A DNA stretch of 64,000 bases from Stegostoma tigrinum. Lineage: Eukaryota. The stretch is from NCBI RefSeq assembly GCF_030684315.1, contig NC_081383.1, forward strand, positions 42,288,979 through 42,352,978, given 5' to 3'. Positions 52,140-63,780 of the stretch are shown one piece after another (position 1 is the first letter of the stretch; each line of letters starts with the position of its first letter). The notes beneath the pieces were generated by a model. The model worked only from the letters and a program-made list of their open reading frames with translations, made no database searches and was not told where the DNA came from. Position numbers and translations under genes: made by a program.

Positions 52140-53222
52140 TTTAATCTAGATAAATGTAAGATGCTACATTTTGGAAAGGCAAATTAGGATAGGAATTATA
52201 CACTTAATGGTAAGGTCCTGGGGAGTGTTGCTGAACAAAGATACCTTGGGGTGCAGGTTCATTGTTACTTGAAAGTGGGGTGGCAGGTACACTGGATAGT
52301 GAAGAAGGCATTTGATTTGCTGGCCTTTATTGGTCGGTGCATTGAGTATGGGAGTTGGGAGGTCATGTTGAGGCTGTACAGGACATTGATAAGGCCTGTA
52401 TTAGAATACTGCGTGCAATTCTGGTCTCCCTGCCATTGGAACAATGGTGTTTAGACTTGAAAGAGTTCAAAAAAGATTTTAGAATAGATTCCCTACAGTG
52501 TGGAAATAGGCCCTTTGGCCCAACAAGTCCACACCGCCCCTTGAAGCATCCCACCCAGACCCATTCCCCTATAACCCATGCACCCCTGAACACTATGGGC
52601 AATTTAGCATGGCCAATCCAACTAGCCTGCACATCTTTGGACTGTGGGAGGAAACCGGACCACCCAGAGGAAACCCACGCAGACACGGGGAGAATGTGCA
52701 AACTCCGCACACACAGTTACCCCAGGCCGGAATCGAACCCGGGTCCCTGGTGCTGTGAGGCTGCAGTGCTAACCACTGAGCCACAAGGATTTTGCCAGGA
52801 TTGGAGGGTTTGTGTTACAGAGAGAGGCTGAATAGGCTGGGGCTATTTTCCATGGAGCATCGGAGGCTGGAAGCTGAGGGGTGACCTTATAGATGTTTAT
52901 AAATTCATGAGGCTCATGGATAGGGTGAATAGTCGGGGTTTCTTCCCTGGGGTAGGGGAGTCCAAAATTAGAGGGCATAGGTTTAAGGTGAGAGGGGAAA
53001 GATTTAAAAGGAACCTAAGGGGCAACTTGTTCACACAGAGGGTGGTGCGTGTATGGAATGAGCTGCCAGAGAAGGTGGTGGAGGCTGGTACAATTACATT
53101 TAAAAGGCACCTGGATGGGTATATGAGTAGGAAGGGTTTAGAGGGATATGGGCCAAATGCAGGCAAATGAGACTAGATTAATTTAGGATATCTGGTCAGC
53201 ATGGACGTGTTGGACAGAGGGT
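52140..53222 (+). mobile_element. CR1/HER1-like LINE 3' fragment interrupted by HE1 SINE
   Basis: LYRTLIRPVLEYCVQFWSP...; RGHRFKVRGERFK...FTQRVVRVWNELP. Confidence 0.88.
52481..52784 (-). mobile_element. HE1-type V-SINE (well preserved)
   Basis: Full head, V-domain and tail; CpGs retained. Other copies near 3715-4005(-), 24695-25179(-), 26797-27005(+), 45590-45771(-). Confidence 0.88.
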
Positions 53223-54255
53223 CATCTTTAAATGCGGCACTATCTGCCACAGTGAGATTTGAGTACATACCTCAGAACATTAGTCTGGATTACTAATACT
53301 GTGATATTACCACAATGCCAGCACTTCAATAAGGTGATTTTAAAATGGGTATTAAATCAAAAAGCAGCAGAGCTTATTTCTAGAGGGATAGAATAGAAAT
53401 TAAAGAATTTATAATACAGCTATATAGAATAGTAGTTCAACCTATTGAAGTATTATATGTGATTCTAGTCTCTCTGAAACTGCCTTTCTCACTGCACTGT
53501 ACATGTCTGTACACTGTATAAACTACAGTGGCTCACCACTCTGCTTAGGGATGGGTAGTAAATGCTGGTTCAGCCAAAACGTTCACATCCTGTCAATGAA
53601 CTTTTTTCTAAAAGGGGGAATAACAAGCACTGGAGAAACTGTAAAAAAAATGATAAAGATTATATCAGAAATGCGAGCTAATACCTACCAGGTAATGATT
53701 GATGGTCTCGATTTCTTTTCCTTTGAAAATTATAAGATGTGAAATGATCATATAGAGGTCTTTTAAAATTGTGAAAGATTTTAATCGTGTGGTAATAGAG
53801 AATGTTTCCTCACGTTGGGAAGAACAGAACTAGAGGCCATCAACAGAAGGTAGTAACCAAGAAATCCAATAAAGAACTTGGAAGAATACACTTTAGATAA
53901 CAAGCTATGAGGAAACAGAACTTGTAATCTCAAAGATAATTACACAGTTGCACTGAAGGAGTGGCTTAATGAGCCTATGATAGTGATGGATTGAAGTGAG
54001 GAAGAGTGAGAAAGTGGAGCATATCAGCTTGTGCTAGTTGGCCTGAATGGCCTATTTCTGTGCCATATATCTAACCTAATCCTTACTTTGTCTCAGACCT
54101 CACATTTATTCAGATTAAGTAGTGCAATGGAAATTAGATAAATACAATCAAATTATCATCGCATTGCAGGACTAGTTGACTCCAGCTTGGTGCAGATACA
54201 TTCACAAATGCTCAACTAAGGGCAGGATCACTGAAATATTTCTTTATGTTCATAG

Positions 54256-54800
54256 ATGGACAAAAACTGAGCCTGGACCTCAACACAGCCCATCCCCAGT
54301 TCATCCTGTCTGATGGAAACAAGACTCTGACTCTCTCACCGAAGAGGCAGTCTCTACCCAAGAATACCGAGAGGTTTGACTGCTGCCAGCAGCTTTTATG
54401 TGCCGAGGGAGTGAAAGCCGGCCGCTCCTACTGGGAGGTGGAGGTGCTGGGAGACAGCGGTGTGTGGAAAATTGGCCTCTGTTACAGGAGCATCAGCCGT
54501 AAGGGCAAAGGAACAGAGTGTTTACTGGGGAGGAACTGCAATTCGTGGTGTCTGTACTCATTGGTGGGCACTGTTTTAGCCCTTCATGATGACAATGATA
54601 CGAAGCTAACAGTGGGAAACATTTCCAGGGTGGGAGTGTATGTAGACTTTGAGGCTGGGACCATCTTGTTTTACAGTGTCTCTGACAGGAAGCTCACCCT
54701 GGTGCACACTTTCCAAGAGCAAAACTTCACCGAGGCTCTCTACCCTGCCCTGCAGATTGGTGACTTCACCACATCGCTGTCTCTATGTACGCTGAAATAA
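54256..54800 (+). CDS. TRIM coding exon 6: PRY/SPRY (B30.2) domain and stop
   Basis: Acceptor tttctttatgttcatag, phase 1 (T|AT = Tyr). Motifs LDLNTAH, ERFD, GRSYWEVEV, LGRNCNSWCL, RVGVYVDFEAG, LYPA; TAA at 54798-54800. Confidence 0.96.
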
Positions 54801-56111
54801 TTTCCAATCTGTGATTGGTACAACACATTCAGGAGGCCATTCAGCCCATTGTGCCTGAGCTGGCTCTCTGAAAGTGCTATCTGAAACCCACATGTTTCTT
54901 TTAATTAATAGCTGGGCACATTTTCCCCATCAAGTATTTATCAAAATTATGATTAGACTTGGGAATTTATAACTTTACTCCCTGCTTTATTTTCATTATA
55001 TAAAGTACTTCCACTCAAACAGCCTCATTGAGAACTGTGGGTACGTTATCCCTTTCAACTAAGTGTACTTTAAGTTGAGAGGAATCCCTTACGACAGGGT
55101 TTGTCAATTTTAGTTTGCAGGGGTTACCCTTTGCAGCATGAACAGAGAGACCCCGAGCTGTTAATGAGGACAACGTGATTGGTAAAGGATGTGGCTTTTG
55201 GAAATAGCCATGGCCAACCTTGTGAGATCATTGTGACTCTCAGCTGCCCTGTGCTCAGGTTTTGGGTTAATGGGCCTCCCAGAAATCTTGGTTCACTCTC
55301 TGGGGTTATTAGGATTGCATTTCCCAACATCTACCCCATTCTAGTTATTTCTTCAGTCAGTGAAATATCCATGGATAGCTTGTTGAATCTAGGATCACTT
55401 TTTGCTTCTTGCCCCAGTTCCCACCTCTCCATCTCATCTGGAGTTGGTCATCACTCAGATGTCATGGCACTTGGCTTCCAGAAAGTCACAATTCCACTTT
55501 CATGAGCCGTAGAAACGGTTTAGCATCCTCTTCCAAGCAGTGCTGCCCCACCTACCAATTAGAAACGCCTGAGGAAAAAATGGTAGGTTCCTGGAGCCAT
55601 GATGAGCCTGGACAGTGGACATGCTAACTTGACAATCAAAGGAAAGTCCAGTCCTGTGTACTCCCACATTTCAGATCCATATTTCTTCAGTGCTCTTGGC
55701 GTTTTGATTTGCCTTCTTTGGTTGACTCCCCCTCCCCATTTAACCCTTTGACCATTTTGCTTTGATTAGGACAAGTGCCACTCAGCTTTCTGTTCAGTAT
55801 TCCTGTTGTGGCTATTCTAAAATTGATATCTGTTTGCTGCTGCTGTTGCGCTGGAGTCTGCAGAATCTGAAAATAATGTTGATACTTTCTGCAATCTGTT
55901 GGTGCCTGTGGAATAGTTTGTTTAACAATTCCTCGGATTCCAGTGTTGGTACCTGTTACGTGCTTATTCTGTGATAGAATAACCTGAACGCCAATGTTAA
56001 TCTTGGGTACTTTGCTAATGGACAAAGAAGCTGCTGAAATGTGAAACATCTTGCATTGTTGAAACATAAAGCATTTGTTGTAATTAGAAACTTGATGTGT
56101 CATCATCTTTT

Positions 56112-56271
56112 GAAAGACTTGCATTCATGTAAACACCTCAGGACATCTCAATATACTTAAGGAACAATAAAGTACTTCGAATTGTCGTCACTGTTCAAGA
56201 TGGCAATGTGGCTGCCATTTTTCACACAGTAAGATGTAACAGATCATTAGCATTAACAAACTCATAATCTG
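56112..56271 (-). mobile_element. DeuSINE (SacSINE1/AmnSINE1-like) 3' remnant
   Basis: gaaagacttgcatt...cctcaggac...aagtactt...gtcactgtt...ataatctg resembles the antisense DeuSINE tail as recalled. Weaker copy at about 30822-30970. Confidence 0.55.
56166..56171 (+). terminator. Candidate poly(A) signal of the TRIM gene
   Basis: First canonical AATAAA found by eye after the stop codon (about 1.4 kb downstream). Confidence 0.35.
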
Positions 56272-56829
56272 ACAATAGGCTGTGACATTTAGACATTATA
56301 ATTAGGAAAAATTTAGTCTTTGATTTTGAGTTGTCCTATTGTATTGATCATACGTAAAGGAACAAAATCACCAACTTTTGATCATTATCCACTGGTCCTA
56401 GGCTAAGTGGCGAGAACATGACTGAATGGGGAAGCACCAATACCAAAGTCTCTCTCTTCAATTAATCAGCATGTCAATGGGAATATACATATAAAAGTAA
56501 ATCAAATAGTCCTTCAGTCTCTTCTGTTTCAATCCAATCCCTGAAACACTTGTGGTTAACACAAGACTTTCAATTTCAATCTAACATTAGTGTTATGAAC
56601 TAATGGCATTCCCTGAGAGTGAGCAGTATACTTGTCCAGAGTAGTGGAATATAGAGAGCAGGAGAAGCCCTGTAAGAGTGAGGGATGACGTAGTGAAAGG
56701 TAAAGGAGGTGGAAAAAGAACAATAAGCGGCTAAGGGTAAAAAATTAGTATTGCTAGAACACCCATTTTCCACATCAGCAGTTGGTCATTTAGCAGTGTG
56801 CTTGTCATTGGTGGTAGATGGGGCCTTCT

Positions 56830-57800
56830 TGAGTTTTTTTTAAAATCTCCTCACATCTACAACTTTAGTTATCCATGCGGCTTCAAAACCAACGATACAT
56901 TGGTGAAGCAAGCTTATCATTGTGGATGATCCTGTTCTCTTCCCAGCTAAGTGCAATTGCAAAGGAATGAGGACAGAGTTGGCTGGAGTGGACTGGGAAA
57001 GGAGTTCAGCGGCAGCAGCAGCAACAAAGATGATTGAGGAAACATGACAGACATTTAAAAAACAATCCATGAGTCAAAACAAAAATATATCTCAGTGAAA
57101 AAGAAGACTTCTAGGAAGGGAATCAGCCAGCCAATCTTCATCAGGGAGGTTGAATCAAACTGCATCAAATTGAAATAAAAATATATAATGTGACAAGGAT
57201 TAACAGTAAGACAGGGGATTGGGAAAGTTTTAAAAACCTACAAAAAAAAGACCAAGAATCCTAAATTCAAGAAAAGGGTCTGAGAATTGGAAAATTGCCG
57301 ATGTAACACTTCAATTCCAAAACGGGAGACACGGAGCATGTTACTCATTGGTCAATTGGCTTAAAATCTGTTAGTGGGAGAAAGTAGGGAATCTGTGATA
57401 AAAGATGTAATAACAACATTTAGAAATGCATATTATGATCCGGCAGAGTCAGTATGGCTTCATGAAGGGAAGATTAATGCTTTACAAATTTGTTAGAATT
57501 CCCTAAAGAAGGAATAAGCAGTGTAGGTAAAGAGAAAGCATGATATACATATTTTTGGATTTCCAAAAGGCATTTGAAAAGGGATTGTATATGAAGATAC
57601 TTAATGATTGTGTGATGTTGGAGCAGTATGTTAACATGGATTTTGGACTGGTTGACGAATAGGAGACAGAGAGTTGGGATAAGGGGGTATTTCCATGATG
57701 GCAATCCGTAACCAGTGGAGTGCCACGGGGATGAGTCTGGGGCCACAAATGTCTTCCGGACATATTAATGACTGGGATGAGGGAAGTGAAGGTTGCAGAT
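56830..57800 (+). mobile_element. Decayed CR1 RT fragment
   Basis: Remnants of SQYGFMKGR, LTNLLEF, LDFQKAF and VTSGVPxG motifs. Confidence 0.65.
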
Positions 57801-58189
57801 GGCACAGAAAAAAGAGGGAAGGCAATCGGTGAGGATGACACAAAGAAATGCCAGGGAATAGAGACAGGTGAAGCAAATGGGGGAAAGGAATGGATGGATG
57901 GAATACAACGGTGGATAATATCCCAGGAAGAAGAGGAACTGTATTATTTGTGTGAGGGGAGACACCCAAAAGGGGATTCTCCCTGTCTGGGGGATTTATC
58001 TCACTCATTCACACTCTCTCACTGTCACACACTGTGCCTCCCTCTCCCCCCACCGTCACAGACACACTCTGTGCCCCGGGGGGAGGGTGAAGGGGTGGAG
58101 CACTACCCTGCCCCTCTCTGACGGTGTGGGCGGGCGGTTCCGGTCCGTCTCTCCGTCCCAGTCTGTGCCTGCGGGGGTGAGGGGAGGCG

Positions 58190-58260
58190 ATGGCCGAGTA
58201 CCGGGAAGTGCAGGGCGGCGCGCTCAAGCTCAAAGGAGTCTCCGACCAGGGAGCGAAGAG
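58190..58260 (+). CDS. FAM32A: FAM32A coding exon 1
   Basis: ggcgATGG inside a CpG island. MAEYREVQGGALKLKGVSDQGAK(R) resembles the FAM32A N-terminus as recalled (human MEAYEQVQKGPLKLKGV). Donor AG|gtgagg, phase 2. Too short for the ORF track. Confidence 0.9.
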
Positions 58261-58382
58261 GTGAGGCGGCGGGCAGAGCGAGCTGGGGATGCGGCCTCCT
58301 TCACACCGGGGCCCGGGCCCGCACTCCCGTGAAGGCCGCAGGATAGGCCTCGGAGAAAGTGATCAGCCCCGGGAACTGTGCC

Positions 58383-58444
58383 CTGAGGGAGCGGGCACTG
58401 TCGGAGGGTCAGCGCTGAGGGAGCGGGCACTGTCGGAGGGTCAG
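58383..58444. repeat. 32-bp tandem repeat x2
   Basis: ctgagggagcgggcactgtcggagggtcag at 58383 and 58415. Confidence 0.9.
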
Positions 58445-59718
58445 GTCTAATTATGAAGCCCTCACTGGCTCATTATTTTAAACGTACACGTAATGTGTTG
58501 TGAAGCACTTTTATCCCAAGATAATAAAATGTGAGGCTGGATGAACACAGCAGGCCCAGCAGCATCTCAGGAGCACAAAAGACAAATATCCCAATCCGAC
58601 TAGCCCCATTCATCCTTCTGCTAAATCTATATTACTTTTCCAGACCTCATTCATTCAGCCAAGTCACATCAGCTGTTACTTTTCTGTTACTTGTCTATCC
58701 ATTTTGCTTGTTTGCCTTTTTTTGTTGGAAGTGTTTGAGGTTTTCTCACTGTTTGTCTCATCTCCGAAAGTATAACAATACATAAATGACAATCACAGTG
58801 GGTGATTTAGGGCCAGTCCACACCAATGCAATGTCCAATCTCATTGTCCAAGGACGGTATTTATTTTACTGCATTGCTATGTACATTCTTTTAAAAAAGT
58901 GCTGTTTTCAGGAAACGCTGTTTTAAGGCAACATTGTTTTTGTTCAGTCAAATTTCGGACGCTGCCTATGTTCTACTATTCATATTACTTACGAATACCA
59001 GAATAAACATGATCTTAACTGACCCTAAACACCACTATCATCCCCTTTTCTGAAATACAATAACTTAGTACAGTCTGCTGTTTTAAACAAATGTTTTTAT
59101 TCAAGCTGATGCTGATTCTGTCATTCCCTTCACCCCAAAACATTTTTATCTGAAATCAAAACAGTAACTTATGGGGATCCGATGGAGGGAAGAACAGAGT
59201 TAGGTCATTAAGCTGTCATCAGCACTGTTGAACTAAAGAATTCAGTGTAAGCCCCAGAAAAACCAGTACCTTTCATGAGATTGTTATCTGTACCGAATTT
59301 AATTGATTGCTGTTCATAGAAATTCAAAGTTTTAATACTCTGTCGCATTCCTTCAACCTTTGGCACGTGGACAGAAATAGTTAAACATTTCTGTTTTGTG
59401 TGGCAATGCATCCAGTGAGGTTTATCATGAAACCAGCCTTTGTACATTTAGATTTTCTTTTTTTTTGCAGAAAGTATGAGCTGTCATGTTTCAGAAGCCG
59501 GTCAGGGCATCTTAAGTAAATAAAACAAACATCCATATATCTTCTTAACCAATTAGATTGGACCTTTTTGGAACTAACATTTTATGAATTCAGAAGGAAG
59601 AAAAGTGGGTGAAATTAATTCTGAATGAGACACAGAAATAAACCAAGGTAATTAAAAATAATTAAGATTGAGAGAGAGGGAAAGGAACAGAAAATATAAA
59701 ACATGATCATATAAGTTA

Positions 59719-59930
59719 GAGATAACAACATGTGAAGCTGGATGAACACAGCAGGCCAACCAGCATCTCAGGAGCACAAAAGCTGACGTTTTGGGCCTAG
59801 ATTCTTCATCAGAGTCTAGGCTTGAAACGTCAGCTTTTGTGCTCCTGAGATGCTGCTTGGCCTGCTGTGTTCATCCAGCTTCACACTTTGTTATCTTGGA
59901 TTCTCCAGCATCTGCAGTTCCTATCATCTC
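59719..59930. repeat. Fold-back Penelope pseudo-LTR pair in FAM32A intron 1
   Basis: About 80-bp near-perfect inverted arms: gaagctggatgaacacagcaggccaa / ttggcctgctgtgttcatccagcttc. Confidence 0.85.
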
Positions 59931-60339
59931 TCTCCATCTAAGGTAGAGATTCCATTTTGCAAATCAAACCGCTGTGTGGTGCGATTTTGTTAACTGTTAA
60001 CTGTTTCTCTTAGCTGCCATCTGATATTGTATCATTTACGCATTATTTACAAATATTCACCCTAACATTTTGATAGGATAATCTCACCTGTCATTTTTTT
60101 GTCCCCTTTTTTATTCTGTTTTCGATGTCTATAACAGTTTAATTAAAGTTTTACAAATATTTGGCAAAAGAAAAGCCACTTTTGGGGTTAGTCTGTTTAC
60201 TACATTTAGACCTTGAATTGCTGGCTGAAATGCTGAGAAGAAACATTGTAAACAATTAATGCTGCCTTCCTAAACGCACATCTTCACATTTACTTCGTCC
60301 ACAGGAAAACTGCTTAGTTAGGGATGGCTCTCCAGCAAA

Positions 60340-62052
60340 GGCAGTTCTCCACCGACACCCTCATCCGCCTAGTCGAACTCGTCCTCGCCCTCAACAACTT
60401 CTCTTTCGATTCCTCCCACTTCCTATAGACTAAGGGTGTGGCCACGGGCACCCGCATGGGCCCCAGCTATGCCTGCCTCTTTGTAGCTTACGTCCTTCTT
60501 CCGCACCTACACAGGCCCCAAACCCCACCTCTTCCTCCGTTACATTGATGACTGTATCGGCGCGGCCTCTTGCTCCCCAGAGGAGCTCGAACAGTTTATC
60601 CACTTCACCAACACCTTCCACCCCAACCTTCAGCTCACCTGGGCCATCTCCAGCACATCCCTCACCTTCCTGGACCCCTCAGTCTCCATCTCAAGCAACC
60701 AGCTTGTAACTGATGTCCATTTCAAGTCCACCGACTCCCACAGCTGCCTAGAATACAACTCCTCCCACCCACCCTCCTGCAAAAATTCCATCCCCTATTC
60801 CCAGTTCCTCCGCCACCGCCGCATCTGCTCCCACGATGAGGCATTCCACTCCCGCACATCCCAGATGTCCAAGTTCTTCAAGGACCGCAACTTTCCCCCC
60901 ACAGTAATCGAGAATGCCCTTGACCGCGTCTCTTGCATTTCCCGCAACACATGCCTCACACCCCGCCCCTGCCACAACCGCCCAAAGAGGATCCCCCTCG
61001 TTCTCACGCACCACCCCACCAACCTCCGGATACAACGCATCATCCTCCGACAGTTCTGCCATCTACAATCCGACCCCACCACCCAAGACATTTTTCCATC
61101 CCCACCCTTGTCTGTTTTCCAGAGAGACCACTCGCTCCATGACTCCCTTGTTCGCTCCACACTGCCCTCCAACCCCACCACACCCGGCACCTTCCCCTGC
61201 AACCGCAGGAAATGCTACGCTTGCCCCCACACCACCTCCCTCACCCCTATCCCAGGCCTCAAGATGACTTTCCACATTAAGCAGAGGTTCACCTGCACAT
61301 CTGCCAATGTGGTATACTGTATCCATTGTACCCGGTGTGGCTACCTCTACATTGGGGAAACCAAGTGGAGGCTTGGGGACCGCTTTGCAGAACACCTCCG
61401 CTCGGTTCGCAACAAACAACTGCACCTCCCAGTCACAAACCATTTCCACACCCCCTCCCATTCTTTAGATGACATGTCCATCATGAGCCTCCTGCAGTGC
61501 CACAATGATGCCACCCGAAGGTTGCAGGAACAGCAACTCCTATTCAGCTTTGGAACCCTGCAGCCCAATGGTATCAATGTGGACTTCACCAGCTTCAAAA
61601 TCTCCCCTGCCCCCACCACATCCCAAAACCAGCCCAGCTCTTCCCCTTCACCCACTGCATCCCAAAACCAGTCCAACCTGTCTCTGCCTCCCTAACCGGT
61701 TCTTCCTCTCACCCATCCCTTCCTCCCACCCCAAGCCGCACCTCCATCTCCTACCTATTAACCTCATCCCACCTCCTTGACCTGTCCGTCTTCCCTGGAC
61801 TGACCTATCCCCTCCCTACCTCCCCACCTGTACTCTCCTCTCCACCTATCTTCTTTTCTCTCCGTCTTTGGTCCGCCTCCCCCTCTCTCCCTATTTATTC
61901 CAGAACCCTCACCCCATCCCCCTCTCTGATGAAGGGTCTAGGCCCGAAACGTCAGCTTTTGTGCTCCTGAGATGCTGCTGGGCCTGCTGTGTTCAGCCAG
62001 CGTCACATTTTATTATCTTGGATTCTCCAGCATCTGCAGTTCCCATTATCAC
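60340..62052 (+). mobile_element. Penelope-like element, 5'-truncated (RT, GIY-YIG endonuclease, pseudo-LTR), in FAM32A intron 1
   Basis: RT motifs LNNFSF...GVATGTRMGPSYA and RYIDD; GIY-YIG NVVYCIHC..C..LYIGET..RL..RF.EH (ORF 60865-61695). In-frame stop near 60426, so defective. Confidence 0.9.
61926..61953 (+). ncRNA. Minimal hammerhead ribozyme motif (Penelope-type)
   Basis: CTGATGA, stem II (gggt ctag gccc), GAAA, CGTC. Conserved core with palindromic ACGT stem III and GUC triplet; stem I very short. Confidence 0.6.
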
Positions 62053-62459
62053 TCCCATTATCTCTCGTCAGGAGTTGGATATTTAAGATGGAGGTGAGAG
62101 AGGGCCCTCTTGTGGCACAGAGGTCTTAACCCTGTTCCAAGAGGCTTGGGTTCGAGTTCCACCTATTCCAGAGGTGTGTTGTAACATCCCTGAGCGACTG
62201 CTGTTCCTGCTCCTGATTCAAATGTCTGTTTGTATATTGTTCTGCTCTCTTCTTCACTGCTTTCCATAGGGTTGTTTCTGGGGCTTAAGCTGAAGTCTGA
62301 GCTCCTTCCCCCAGCCCCTTCCACTATCTCTGCCCTCTGTCCATCCACTGCTCCCTCATCATTATAACCCCATCTCTACCGATCTGTGTACTTTTTTTCC
62401 CTCATAATCAAAGACAGGTGCTAAAAATCTGCATCCTTTGTCCTTTTTTTTAATAAAAG

Positions 62460-62619
62460 GAAGAAAAAGAAGAATAAGGAAAGTAAAAAAATGCTGGAAC
62501 AGATCATCTCAAATCAGAAACAGCACATGGTGAGAGAGGAGGCAGGAGAACATAAGCGAGTGGCTGTGGACAAAAGAACTCCAGCACAGAAAGCGTTTGA
62601 CAAGATGCAGGAGAAGCGG
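62460..62619 (+). CDS. FAM32A: FAM32A coding exon 2 (remaining exons beyond window)
   Basis: T-rich acceptor ending aag. (R)KKKKNKESKKMLEQII...VDKRTPAQKAFDKMQEKR contains the FAM32A signature DKRTPAQxAFxKMQEKR. Donor CGG|gtgagt; in frame with exon 1. Confidence 0.92.
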
Positions 62620-63367
62620 GTGAGTTGTTGCACCCTTCAAGTAAAGAGGAATTCAGAGACTTATTGGCAGTTCACCGCTCTTCATTGTGTGTCTGCACAG
62701 CATTAGTGTTTCAGTTCTAGGCCCTTCGTTAGAATGAAACACAGTAGAACAGAAGAAGAATAAAACACAGTAGGGGAAGGGAGCGCATTCGGTAGAAAAT
62801 GCACAAGAAAAGAGACTGTGTCAATTGCATAAATTCATCTCCTGAAGGAATCATTTTATTCCAGGATATGGATGTTGCAGGCAGGGTCAGCATTCTTAAT
62901 TTCCCTGAATTAAATGGTTTGCTTGGACATTTTTTGGAATCAATTATATTAATGTTGGTCTGGAATGATGTATTGGCCAGACCGTCAAAATATCAAGGGT
63001 GGTAGGTTCTCCTCTTGTAAAGACACTAACAAAGATGGGATTTTGATGACAGTTCAGTAATTTCTGATCTTAGTTTTTGTTTTAATTCCAGGTTTATTTG
63101 ATCTCATAGGATCATTGAATCTGTACAGTGTGGAAGTAGACACTTGGCACATCGAATCTGCACTGCCCATGCGAAGAGCATCCCACCCAGATTAATTAAT
63201 TGAATTTGACATTAATTAACTTTAATTAACTAGATTTAAGTGTCACAGTTGTAGTGTTACATTGTAAGCTCCAAGCTTTGGGTCATTGGCCCAAGCCCCT
63301 GGATTCTTAGCTTAGTTGCAGAACGATTTTCCTTTTGTACCTTCTAAAATGGAAAGACTCGAATAAG

Positions 63368-63780
63368 TCATAGAGTCATAGGGATATACAACATGGAAAC
63401 AGACCCTTTGGTCCAACTTGTATATGCCAACCAGATATCCTTTATAAATCTAGTCCCTTTCGGCCCTTATCCCTTTAAACCTTTCCTATTCATATACCCA
63501 TCTAGATGCCTTTTAAATGCTGTAATTGTACCAGCCCCCACCACTTCCTCTGGCAGCTTATTCCATACTCGCAACACCGTCTGTGTGAAGAAGTTGCCCC
63601 TTAGGTCCCTTTTTAAATCATTCCCATCCCCTCAAACCTATGCCCTGTAGTTTTGGACTCCTCCACCCCAGGGAAAATGGCCTTGGCTATTCACCCTATC
63701 TATGCTCCCCATAATTTTTTAACCCTCTATAAGGTCAGCCCTCGGCCTCTGATGTTTCAGGGAGCATAACCCTCACCTGC
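63368..63780 (-). mobile_element. CR1/HER1-like LINE 3' fragment
   Basis: Reverse complement of 52860-53220-type sequence. Confidence 0.85.

Larger units (their letters stand above)
58060..58445. promoter_or_regulatory. CpG island / GC-box promoter of FAM32A
   Basis: Abrupt GC- and CpG-rich stretch with gggcgggcgg GC boxes upstream of the ATG, in otherwise CpG-poor DNA. Confidence 0.8.

Noticed and set aside
57768-58430. Several overlapping ORFs across the CpG island
   Set aside because: By-product of high GC content; only 58190-58260 has homology and splice support.
63347-63367. KMERLE resembling FAM32A exon 3 (QMERIL)
   Set aside because: No acceptor AG and an immediate stop codon.
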